Below are positions 37,181 to 48,965 of a stretch of 64,000 nucleotides of DNA, in pieces. This stretch comes from Vicugna vicugna. Taxonomy: Eukaryota. The notes below the pieces were generated by a model that saw nothing but the letters and a program-made list of their open reading frames with translations, had not been told where the DNA came from and ran no database searches. Position 1 is the stretch's first letter; each line of letters begins with the position of its first letter. The stretch is taken from assembly GCA_013265495.1 (NCBI GenBank), contig MU057700.1, positions 372,001 through 436,000 on the forward strand, given 5' to 3'. Made by a program: the position numbers and the translations under genes.

Positions 37181-39595
37181 GCTGACCCCACCCAGGGCCC
37201 TGCCAGCTGGCAGCCCTTTACTGCTGGCACCATGTGTCAGGAAGAACTTCCCAGCTGGGGAGCTCAGACCTGCCTCTGCTGAGAGCCTCCCCTGGAACTT
37301 TGGGCAGGTCAACAAAGCAGGACTTGCAAAACCTTTCCCGCCTATGCCTTCCACCTCTGAATGCCATGGGGTGGGAGTCCTCCGCCGACACCTAGCCTCA
37401 CGTTTCTGCCTGCCTGCCAAAGGCCCAAGTCACCGCATGCATTAGGAGGGACACCAGGAACCTTCACGGCCTCTGTGTGTGTGTGTGCGCATGCGTGTGC
37501 GTGTGTATTTCCTGAACTCCGGTAATGGAAAGAGAGATAGAGGTGCACCGGCCCAAGACTCCACCTGCTCCACTCTGCCCTGCCCCGCCAGGAAAAGACG
37601 TGGAACTAACATCAGTGAGGCGGACGTGTGGTTCTGCTCAGAGCAAGGCCTCCTCTGACATCTTCATTACAAGTAAAGCTCCCAGGGCAGTGACGGTCTC
37701 ATTCGGTGCACGAAGTCACCAGCTACGATTCTGCAGCTACCCGTACCTTTCTGTACCCTGGAAAGGCAGTTTTCAATGTTAGTACCTGGTTGGGATGTGC
37801 AATTTATTTGTATTTGGATGCAGATAGAACCAGGTCCAAGTTCCCATCCCCATCTCATTCATTCAACCCATTACAAGCTCACACGTGTGCGCACACTCAC
37901 CCATTCACTCTTACCCACCCGGCCACACGCACACATTCTCACCCCTGCACTGGACTCTCTGAGCCCCCTCCTTTGCGGTGGAGGACACCGCAGGTGGACA
38001 AGGGCTCCGCTCCTGCTTCTGGCTGTTATCCCTTGCTTTTGCAGCACAGGGGTGCAGGCACACCCCGCCTGCTCCACCCCAGCCGCAGGCCGAATGCCTG
38101 CAGTCCCTGGGAGCCAATACTCTAGGATCACCTTCCCATAATCCCTCAGACGCAGACGCCTCTGCACACCCACTGACAGCCTCTGCTCCCTGTGCCCTGG
38201 AGGGTCACCTCCTGCTGGTCCTGAGGCTGCAGGCCAGTCCTGGCCCTGGGCAACCCAGCCAACTTCTCCACACGCAGTGTGCTGCCACCCAGATCCCCCA
38301 GGGGGCTGTGACCCCAGCCTGGGGAGGAGGCTTCTTCCCTGGGCGCCCACCCTCAGCCTGAGGGTGGCCCACAGAGCTCTCTGACATCTCCCTCTCATCA
38401 CTGTTAAGAACTCTTATGTTAACCTCTCCTGTTTCATCTGCTGTGTGGCTGCTGCCTCCCGATTGGACCGAGACTGATACACACATCTCCCTCTCTCACA
38501 TATACATTTACGGTCACACACCCTCACACACATTCTCTCCCACTGTTGCACACTCATACCCCCAACTCCAACTGTCTTGCTCACTTAATGAGACACAGTG
38601 AGCCTGCCGGGCCCTGACCCTAGGCTCTCCTTCGCCAGCTCTCCATGGCCTGACCAGCTCTGGCCATCGCGGTCAGCACACAGCCGCCCTGAGTTTCCTT
38701 TGACCTCCTCACCACCCTTGGTGGAGGATGGGCTGCCATCTGACCGTGCCAGTCCTGATCCAGGCCAGCACCTCCTAACCGGGCGCCCCTGGCCTCCCAC
38801 TCCACATCTGGGCCTGTCCTCCAGGCCACCCAGAGCACCTGTGAGTCACACTCATTGTGGCCATCCTGCCATGGACATGAACAGAGCCTTGAACAACTGA
38901 AAATGTCCTAGGACTGCAATATGAAAGCCAGGATTTGGGGCTCTCAAGAAAGAAAAAAACACCGTGAGATGGTATGTTCTGTGAACTGAGTGCAGTTAGC
39001 AGCCGTGCCCACATCTGTGTGCAAGGCAGACCCTTCCTGCAGCAACAGCTCACCGGGCAGTCCTGGCTGCTGCCCCTGATGAGTGCCAGATCATGCAGAT
39101 GACAGTTTTATTATGGCCCAGCAGAGTCTCCCTAACAGACCGTTTCCTAATGCCATCATCTTCACTGGGAATGGGAACCAGACCTCATGGACTCCTCCCC
39201 AGGGACGGGCCCTCCCCACGAAGGCCAGCTGTCCCCATGGGGGGTCCCTCCAGCCCCACCGCCCAGACAGCAGTGCTTGGCACCATCACCCTCTCAGGAT
39301 GTGGCCCGTCTACCCCACCGCCCCTCCTCCAACATCCCGCTCACGTCTTCTCTTTCTTCCAGTTGAATATTTGATATGTACAGAGAGTACATTTTGCAGA
39401 GCATTTATGCGGAAAGCATATGCTAGAACAGACACCCATGAACCCACAGTAGCAACGCTGCTCCCACGCCCCCACCTCCCACTGTCTCTCACTCACTGCA
39501 AACATGAGCCCGGGTCTTCTGCCTTTCTTGCCCCTCCCCCATCTTTTCCTTTCTTTTTTTAACTGCTTTTTTGTTTTTACTGCTTTTACCTCATT

Positions 39596-39763
39596 TTTTT
39601 AAAACAATTTTTATTGAGTTATAGTCATTTTACAATGTTGTATTAAATTCCAGTGTACAGCACAATTTTTCAATTATACATGAACATACATATATTCATT
39701 GTCACATTTTTTTTCATTGTGAGCTACCACAGGATCTTGTATGTATTTCCCTGTGCTATACAG
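39596..39763 (-). mobile_element. Short young L1 3' end with target-site duplication
   Basis: L1 3'UTR terminus flanked by ttttacctcatt at 39584-39595 and 39764-39775. Confidence 0.8.
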
Positions 39764-40099
39764 TTTTACCTCATTCTTGAAAGGTATTTTTGCTGGGTAG
39801 AGCATCCTTCAGGACAGTGATTCTGTCCTTCAAAGGCATGATTCCGCTGTCTTGCTTCTGTTTCTGCTGCTGAAAGCTCTGTGCTCGTTTTAATTGTCAC
39901 TCCCTAGTATTCCATCTTCTCTCTGGTTGTTCCTAGGACCTCCTGTGTTTAGTGCTCTCAAGTTTCACCATGATTCATCAGCCTTCTCACCTGGAAAGGT
40001 GTTCTCTCTCCAGATTCCCCTCCAGCAAACGGCAGCCAGTCCCATGGCTCGAATGACTGCCTCTGGGCTTAGGAATGCAACAAGCCCTGACCTTGTCAC

Positions 40100-40575
40100 A
40101 GATCTCCACCAACTTGCTTCATCCCCTACCACATCTCCATCCAGCCTCCTCACCCTAGTCAAGGCACCACACACCTCACTGTTGAGGCCACACACCTTAG
40201 ACTCATGCTGAGCCCTTGCTTCATTCACCCCTTACACCAGCCCACAGACTGCCCTCTGCCACCCCGCTGCCCAAGCTGCCATGCTCGCTCCCCTCCCTCC
40301 CCTGCATGACACCATGACACCAGTCTCTCTGAGCTCCCTCTTGACCCCATAAGCCACTTCCCACAGAGCAGCCAGTGTTAGTGGGATGTCACCCTCTGCT
40401 TAAAGCCCCGCACTAATCATCCACTGCTTGCAGAATAAAACAAACCAGGGCTGAGGCCCCATTCGCCCTGCTCAACTCAGCTCCTCTCCACCCTCGAGGG
40501 TGCCCACCTCCCAGCCACACTGGCCAAATCACAACATACGAGCAGAAAAAACAAGTGAATGAATGAATCAATGAA
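40100..40575 (+). mobile_element. L2 fragment
   Basis: tcaccctctgcttaaagccc...cagaataaaacaaacc, ends gaatgaatgaatcaatgaa. Confidence 0.5.
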
Positions 40576-41195
40576 GGAACAAATCTAACAGATAAATTAT
40601 TTCGTGAACAGGGGTGAGTCATGGCTGGGCACGTATGGGAAATGGTCAGAATCCGGGCTAGGAGAGGGGCGGGGCCAGGGAGGCAGTGAGATTAGACTCA
40701 GCTAAGATGCTCTGGGTTGGTCTGATGGGCACTGGGAGCCACGTGGATGCTCAGCAGCAGGATGAGCCTGATGGAGCCTCGTCCTGTGCTCACAAGACTC
40801 GGGCGAGGCGTGCAGTGCCCTCTGGCTGCCTTGGAGAGGCCAGCAGTTGGTGTTGAGCCAACAGCCAAGAGAACAACCCAGAACAAAATCACTGACCCCG
40901 GCTCAGGAAATGACTTACTGTCAACTGAGGAACCCTGCCAACTGGCAGATGTTAGGCAGAACGTGTGTGCGCACTCACACATGCACGTGCGTACACCCGC
41001 TAGTGTGCACTCACAGGCAGGGAGACCCTGTAGTACACGTCACACACCCTGGATTTTGATGCTTTGTGCCAGCTAGAGGTTGGTTTTGCAAGAGACTGTA
41101 ATGTAATTTTGCTTTCAGGGAAAAAACTACAGATCGGGGAGGCTTTACTGCAAATAACAATTTTTTTAGAGGGATATATATAAAGGGGATCCCAG

Positions 41196-42275
41196 TTTTT
41201 AAAATTAATTGTGGTAAAATACAGAACATACAATTTATCATTTTAATCATTAAGTGTATAGTTTAGTGACATAAAATAAATTCACATTGTTTTGCAACTG
41301 TCACCATCATCCATCTCCGGAACTCTTCATCTTGCAACACTGAGACTGCACACCCACCCATTCAACACTAGCTCCCCACTCGCTCCAGCCCTGGCAATCA
41401 CCATTGGACCTTCTGTCTCTGAATCTGACTATTCCAGGCACCTCGTATGAGTGGAGTCACGCAGTATTTGTCTTTTTGTCACTGGCTTAATATCATTTAT
41501 CATAATGTCCTCAAGGTTTACCTATGTTGTAGCAGACATCAGAATTTGCTTCCTTTTTAACGTTGAGTAATATTCATGGATTCACGGATACACCACATTC
41601 TGTTTATCCATCCATCCATCCATAGACTGTTAGGTTGCTTCCACCTTTTTGCTATTGTGAATAATGCTGTGATGAATGTGGGTATACAAATATCACTTTG
41701 AGACCCTGGTTTAAACTCTTCTGAGTGTATACCCAGAGGTGGAATTGCTGGATCATATGGCAATACTATTTTTAATTTCTTGAGGAATTTTAATGCTGTT
41801 TTTCAGAGCGGCTGCACCATTGTACATTCCCACCAACAGGGTACAAGGGTTCTACTTTCTCCATATCCTTGCAACAGTTGTGATTTTTCTGGTTTTTTTC
41901 TTTTTTTTTGATAGTAGCCATCCTGATGGTTTGAGGTGACACCACATTGTGATTTGGACTTGCATCACCCTATTCATCAGTGATGCTGAGCATCTTGTCA
42001 CATGCTTATTGGCTGTTTCTTCTTTGGAGAAATGTCTGTTCAAGTGCTTTGCCCATGTTTGAATTGGATTTTCTTGCTGTTGTTGTCATTGAGTTGCAGG
42101 CGTTTTTGTCTATTCTGGATGGTAACCCTTTATCCGACACAAGATTGGCCAGTACTTCCTCCTGTTTCACAGGCTGCCTTTTCACTTTGTTGCCTGTGTC
42201 CTTCAATGTTTTAAATTTTGATGCAATACAATTTATCTATTTCTCCTTTCTTTTGCCTGTGCTTTGGTGTCATGT
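41196..42275 (-). mobile_element. Old L1 (L1M-type) 3' fragment
   Basis: Degenerate ORF2 peptides MNRHFSKEE and PYDPAIPPLGI...ALFTIAKRWKQP on minus strand. Confidence 0.9.
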
Positions 42276-43656
42276 ATGTTTGAAGGATGTGCCCACAACT
42301 CTGTCTTTAGAACCAAGGCCAAACAGAACCGGTCAGTTCTTGGTCCCACCTGGCATCCCTCCAGCGCCGCCCTGGCTGCCTGCCACAGGCCAGGTCCTAC
42401 CCGGGCACTGCCGGTTCCTGCTGTGGTTCCCGCCTTGGCTGCTACTCACTCACAGGGCCACGGGACTCGGGTGCAGGAGAGACCTGAATGGCTGAGGGGC
42501 TCCCTGGCCACGTGGGCCCACCCTCAGTGCCAGGCTCCCAGGGGTCCTTCATTTCTAACAGCACCAACAATCAGCCGCTGAGTAACAGGCTCCCTCAGTG
42601 CACACAGTGGCACAGTGCCCGGGCCCACACAAATGTTTCAGCTTATTTTAAAGACAGAGGTAAGAAAGAAATATAATAATGACTGCGAAATAATAAAGCA
42701 GCCTGGATTATATCTGTTTTTGTATCAACAGACACAAAATATAATTTTACTTTTTTTATGGGGAAAGGAGCCCACAGAGGTCACAAGGCCTGAGCCCACA
42801 GTGGTTATGATGTGGCCTTGGCTCCAGAGAGTCACCTGATACCTACAGAGAAGGCAGAGCCCAGACCGAGGCCAGCTGAGTTTGGCCCAGAGCCCCTTCC
42901 TCTGCCTGTGTGGCCGTACCTCCTGCCCACGTGTGCCAAGGTGCCAACCCCAGGAGTCCCGTGTGACCACTCACTGCACCCTGCCTGGCATCTTGCTCCA
43001 CAACCCAGTTCCTTTCTGCCTCCCCTACATCAGGGGTGTTCAGAGGGCTCTGGCCTCCCCTGACCCTGGGCAGCCACCACACACATCTGTTCCCAGGTGT
43101 CTTGCTGGGCCCCCCATGCCTGGCCCCATGCCTGCAGCCTTGGCCTGCAGGTCCCATTGTCACACCCTGGCTCTGGGCTTTGAGTTCACTGTTCCCAGCC
43201 TTGCCCACAGCTCCCAGGTATGTGGTCCCCTGACCTCATCTTCTCTCCTGGGTGAGCCCCTGCCCAGCTCAGCCTTTCCCCCCACATCCCGGGCCATGGT
43301 AGCCCTTCCTTCCTGAACTCTCAGAGCACTGACCTGAAGCTAACAGAAGCAGAGGCCAGCACATCCCATGACCCAGGCCCTGCTCTGAGCATGGTGCCTG
43401 CTCCATCACAACCTGCCAGGGGCTACTCTCATCAGCCCAAGTTCAGGTGAGGAAGCTGAGACCAGAGAGATCAGGGGCCTGACTGCGCCCCAAGATGTGA
43501 GTGGGAGTGGCCAGTTAGGCCTCTGCTTAAGTGTGAGCCATGGTAGGAAGGTCTACTTCCTCAGCAGCTCTGCCCGTGAGCATGGAGGGAGGCCCCTCAG
43601 GCCAGCCCCACCGTGGCACTGATGGGATGTTCAGCCCCTCCCTGTGTGTGTGGCTA

Positions 43657-44035
43657 TACCACCACCATTACCCAACCCCCATCACCACCACCGCCACCTA
43701 CACCATCGCCACTACCGTAACCACCACGCTCACCAGAACCACCCTCACCACAACCATCATCACCATCACCTTGGCTCCCCTACCACCTATACCATCACCT
43801 CTAGGACTCCACACCCCCCACCATCATTATCCTCACCCCCAGCCCCCAACCACCACTTGCACCATCATCACCCTCCCCACAACCATCACCTTCACCCCAC
43901 CACCTTCACTACCACTGCCCACCACCACGTACACCATCACTCACCATCAAGCATCATCACCTTCATTCCACCCCCAACCACTGCCACCACTGCCATTTTC
44001 ACCACCATCACCATCTTCACCACCACCATCACTTT
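43657..44035. repeat. Degenerate (CAC/CAT)n low-complexity tract
   Basis: About 380 bp of accaccaccatcacc-type triplets. Confidence 0.9.
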
Positions 44036-45419
44036 GCCAGCCATCCTGAGGCTTCCAAATGAAAGCAACTTTGGCAGGTTTGCCCCACACAAACAGTGGG
44101 AAGAAAGCTGGGTTGTAAAGACCCACGGGACCCTCGCTTGTCTGATGCCTGGCACAGAGCAGTGTGAAGGGAAGGCCTGGGGAGGGTTTGAGTAACTTGA
44201 TGGTCCACAGCTACCTCCCTTTGAGAGCCAGCTGCCTCTGTTCACGGGTCCTCGTCTCAGCTCAGCTGTACTCAGTCACAAGCCAAAGCCTCCTTTGGGG
44301 GACATCTGACAGCGTGTCCCAATCCTGATGCTGGAAACTGAAACCTCTGTCAGTAAAACCATCGAGAAAATGCTGGCCTCTGCAGGTGCATGCAACAGAT
44401 GGACAGCTCAGTGTATACAGTGGGTGCCCGATATATCAAGGCCAGCTACACCCCTGGTGCCTAGCGAGGACTCCAGTCACCACTAGTGCAGCCTCAATTC
44501 CAGTCTTAAATTCCTTCTTCCTTCAATGCTGCCTGCAGGCCTCAGGGGGCAGCCTGTGCCACTGTGGCCTCAAGGCTGAGTGCCCTGCCTGGTCTGGCCT
44601 GGGCAAGCTGGATCGGCCTGGCACAGGAGGAGAAACACTGGGTGCCCGGGCTTCCCAGGGAGACCTCTGGGGCTCTCCATGCTCCTGAGGGCTCGGTGTC
44701 ACACAGAGCCCAGGCCCCTGCCTGCCTGTCTGGTCGGGGGCTTCACATGCAGCACAGCTCTCAAGGCCCTTCTCACCATCATCCCTCCAGCCCCGAACCC
44801 CTCCACTGTGTGTTCCCTGGTGCGGCGGGACCCAACATGGGGGTGCAGTGTCTCCCCAGACACCTATTTTCTAGGGCTCTGTCTGGACAGGGTGGCCGGC
44901 GGCCTGGAAAAACAGCTAGATGGAGGAGGAGAGACCAGAGGGCCAGCCCTTGCCTCAAGGCCCCACCATCCCGGCACGCCCGCCACACTCCTCGGCATCG
45001 TTAAAAAGCTCTTCCTCGCACACCTTGCCTGAGCTCTCGCTGTTGGCCAGACACCTCGCTCTCCCCATCTAATGCTGGGAAACAGAATTCACCTCTTGCA
45101 CTCCAAGTGGAACTGTCCCCAGGGCCGGGGTCTCCTGACACTGCCCATGTCCTCCATGCGGCCCTCTGCCTCGGGTGGGAAATGGGTTGGAGCACGGCTG
45201 AGGTTTGGGGGAGTGAGGTGTGCAGCTGAGGTCTGCAGCCCGGCAGCGTGGGAGCCAGCAGCCCAGACCCATCCCCTCTCTGCACACAGGCCCCAGCCTT
45301 CTTTGCTCCCAGAGGCCTGGGCCCCAGGCTGTGCCCAGTACACAAACCCCCGCGGCCACCACCCACACTTCCCCACCCGCCCACACCAGCTGCAGGGGAC
45401 TTGCTCAGAGGATGGACAC

Positions 45420-45610
45420 TCTTGCCGAAATGTGATTTCCCAGCTGCCACTGACTTAATCACCAGCCACCCTGGCAGTTCCTTCCGGCTTCTATGCAAAG
45501 GAAACTGCCAATTAGGTTACAATTAATTTCTTACCCAGGGCAAGGCCTGACTAGAAAAAGACTGGCCACCCAAGTGGCCTGCTGATGACTGTGCGGGTCA
45601 CCAGGCCCCC
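45420..45610. promoter_or_regulatory. Core of intron 1 enhancer, ortholog of human RET MCS+9.7 (RET+3)
   Basis: Minus strand CAGGCCACTTGGGTGGCCAGTC...GAAATTAATTGTAACCTAATTGGCAGTTTCCTTTGCATAGAAGCCGGAAG matches recalled human sequence around rs2435357; about 11 kb from TSS. Confidence 0.75.
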
Positions 45611-48099
45611 TCAGCTCCAGGGCTCTGGTGCCCTGTGGCCCCAGCCAACTGTGGGTGTGCCAGCCCCAGCCTGGAGGCGACAGATCAGGACGTCACCAGC
45701 TTTGACCCTGGTGCCTCTGCCTGGGCAACTGTCCCCCTCACACTCAGCAGGGCACTGTGACTCAGACTTAAACAAAGCTGTCACCCCACCTGTCTCCAGC
45801 TCCCTGAACAGAGATGGTCCTGCCCATTTTTATCCCTACGCTCCAGCACCCTTCTCGACCATGTTCAATCTTAACTGGTAAGACTTTTAGATTCTTGAGA
45901 AACCATGCCCTAAGTGCTTCACATGCATTGTCCCCCTTAATCAACACAACTGCCAGAGGTAGCGACGATTATGATTTCTGTCTTACCTTGGCTGAGGGCA
46001 CACAGAGATTGAGCTGGGATTTCAGCCAAGGGTCCCATCTGACCAGCATGTGTGGCCACCAGGCTCCTCTGCTCAGGGTGGCCGTGCACACACATGCAGA
46101 AGAGCCAGGGCACCATGACTTGGGACTCCGGGCCACCCACCCACCTGTTTGCAGACCAGGAGGAAAATGCAACCACAGATAACTGTCTGCAGCCTCTTTT
46201 GGCCTCCTTTGAAAGGCAGGTGCTCCTAAAAGTTTCTTCATATAAGGTTGCTCTTTTACATTGCAGTGAGATAGAGCGAGGGCGCAGGAAGGCGTGAGCA
46301 GGCAGGAGTTTGCTCAGGCAGCATCCGCCTGACGGACAGACACAGTAATGGTGGCTGTGTGCGCAGGCGCCCACGGATGCTAGGGGCCTGACGCGCCCAG
46401 GCCTGCTGGACACAGACGTGAGCCTGGAGGAGTCCTTCTCTCTGTCCCCTGCTGGGTCTGAGCACCACCAAACGCTTGAGAAGGTGGATCAGGCAAAGCC
46501 CACCTTCAGCACGTAGATGGTGACCCACAGCTTGTACCTCCTGGTGGGGGTGCTCAGGGTAGCCCCTGGGGGAGCAGCACCCACACAGGGCCGCCCACAT
46601 AGGGTGATGGAAGCAAAGCCTGCGGCAGCCTGTCTATCCAACTGGGACCCACTGCAGCTCGAGGGGCTGCTGGGAGGCCATCCTGCGTCAAGTCTGAGAG
46701 GAATGGTGGGGGTGGGGGGTGGTCCGACACTCTCAAAGGAAGACCATTCTTGGACCTGGGGCTGGACAAGTTGCAGGTGCTGAAGGCCGACTATGCACCC
46801 ATGCAGACCAGTGCTGGGGGCCCAGACCTCAAAGATCCCAATGTCAAGAATAAAACAGAACCCAACTCCAGGGCCGGAGCGGCTGTGAGGAGGAGTCATG
46901 GCAACCAAGTCCCCAGCTGATGCCTTCCTGCTGCAGGACACCTCACACCTGTCTCCAGGCCTCAGCTTATCCGTCTATAAAATGAGGGGTTGCTCCTGAT
47001 GCTGAGGCTCTTCCAGAGCAAATTCTGATCCCCTCTGAGTCTAGAGGACATCTGTGCAGGAGCATTCATGGGATGAGCTTCCTGATCAGGGGCTGAGAGA
47101 CAGGATGGTGGGCATAATGGAAATCAGGGTGGGCTTGAGCCTAAGGTGGCCCGTGGGGGGCCAAGGACATGGGGGCCGGAACAGGATTAGGACCCCACAT
47201 ATCCTCCTAGGCTGCCGATGATAAGGCAAGAAGACCTGAGTCTGGATACAAAGGAGAGATTTCAGCATGATGCGAGGAGGCAGAGAGACGAGGGCAGAGC
47301 GGGGCTGGAGCCATGCTCCTTCCTGCCCCGCTGTGTGGCTGGCTCGGCTCTCAGCCTGTCTGGATCTGTTCCCAGCTGTGGACTGGGACATGAACTCTTG
47401 CCTGGAAGCACTGCTGGGACAGGGCTTTGCTGGTGGAAGCCAGAGCCAGTTCTCATCCTTTCTCCCTCCCTGACTCCCGAATGAGACTTGCCTGGACCCA
47501 CAAAAGCTTCCTGCTACCTCCTGATCAAGGCCTTCCCACCCCATGCTGGGCCCTGGCATTCGTGCAGCTTCTGGGTGGGGGCAAGGTGCACTTCCCTGGT
47601 ACGTTCTGCTGTCCCAGGAGAACTGCTTCAAGGGATGGGCAGCATGACGTCACACAGCTGCAATTATGGTAATCAACTTGCACCAGATCCACCTGATTAT
47701 TTTTAGAGTCTGCATTGAGACTAAGCAAGACAGGGCAGCCCTGGGTTCCCCTCCTGCTGAGTCCTGCCTTGCCAGGTGGGCTGGGTGGGTCGCTGGTTCC
47801 TGGAACCCCTACCTTCCTCTACCTCCTGGGTCCTTCACAGGATAGTCCTCGGGCATCAGCGTCTCACACACAAGACGTGACACCATTGCTTCTGGGATGT
47901 TTGAGCTCAATATGGCTTTAGAGTCCGGATCCTGTGAGAATGTCCTCAGGGTCCCAGTGGGGTCATGGTGACTCAACCCCACAAAAGGGCATTGGATGAA
48001 CCCATGTCCTCTTCAAAAGGGACCTGGGGCTCAAGATGCCGACAGAAACGTCTCTGGATGAAAAGTGCTTCTCAACAACACTTGGTGGAGATTTGATAA

Positions 48100-48965
48100 A
48101 GCAAAGTAATCCCCACAACAAAGAGACACCCCACCCAATTAAAACTTGAGAAAAGGATCTGAATCCAAAGAAGATACAAATGGCCAATAAGCACTTGAAA
48201 GGTGCTCAACATCACTAATAATTAAGGAAACGCAAACCAAAACCACATGAGAGATCACTTTGTATCCACTAGGAAAGATACAATTTAAAACTATAAACAA
48301 AAAATAACAAGTGTTGGTGAGAATGTGATGAAATTGGAGCCCTCGTACACTGCTGGTGGGACTGTAAAATGTTTCAGTTGCTGTGGAAAACAGTCTATCA
48401 GTTCCTTAAAAAAATAAAACTTGAAATTACTGCTTGACCCAGCAATTCCACTCCAAAGTATACACCTAAGAGAATTGAAAACAGGGACTTAAACAGATAT
48501 TTGCACATCAATGTTCAAAGCAGCATTAGTCACAAGAGCCAAAAGATGTAAACAACCCAAATGTCTACCAACGGATGAATGAATAAATAAATGTGATGTA
48601 TACATGAAACGGAACATTACTCACCCTTAAAAAGGAATGAGGTACTAATACATGTACATTGTGGATGTTCCTTGAAAATGTCAAGCTAAGTAAAGGGAGC
48701 CTGATACAAAGGTCAGTTTATATTAACTATCCAAAATGGACAAGTCCGTAGGGACAGATGCAGGATGGCAGTTACCAGGGCCAGGGTCGGGGAATAGGCA
48801 GCAGTGTCTAATGGGCGTGGGGTTTCTTCCTGGGGTGACGGATGTGTTTTGGAACTACACAGAGGTGATGCCAATGCAACACTGTGAATGTACTAAATGC
48901 CACTGAATTGGTCACTTTAAAACAGTTGATTTTTATGTGATGTGAATTCTATCTCCAAAAAAAAA
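48100..48965 (+). mobile_element. Old L1 (L1MB-like) 3' fragment
   Basis: caaatggccaataagcac...tgctcaacatcacta, gacccagcaattccactc, ends tgtgaattctatctccaaaaaaaaa. Confidence 0.88.

Noticed and set aside
43540..44245. His/Thr/Pro-rich ORFs of 169-183 aa
   Set aside because: By-products of the (CAC/CAT)n low-complexity tract; no splice or domain support
46430..46920. Stretch with coding-like codons (YKLWVTIYVLKVGFA on minus; LDLGLDKLQVLKADYAPMQ on plus) and an AATAAA, considered as a retrocopy
   Set aside because: No parent protein recognised, no polyA tail or TSD; a BLASTX hit would be needed
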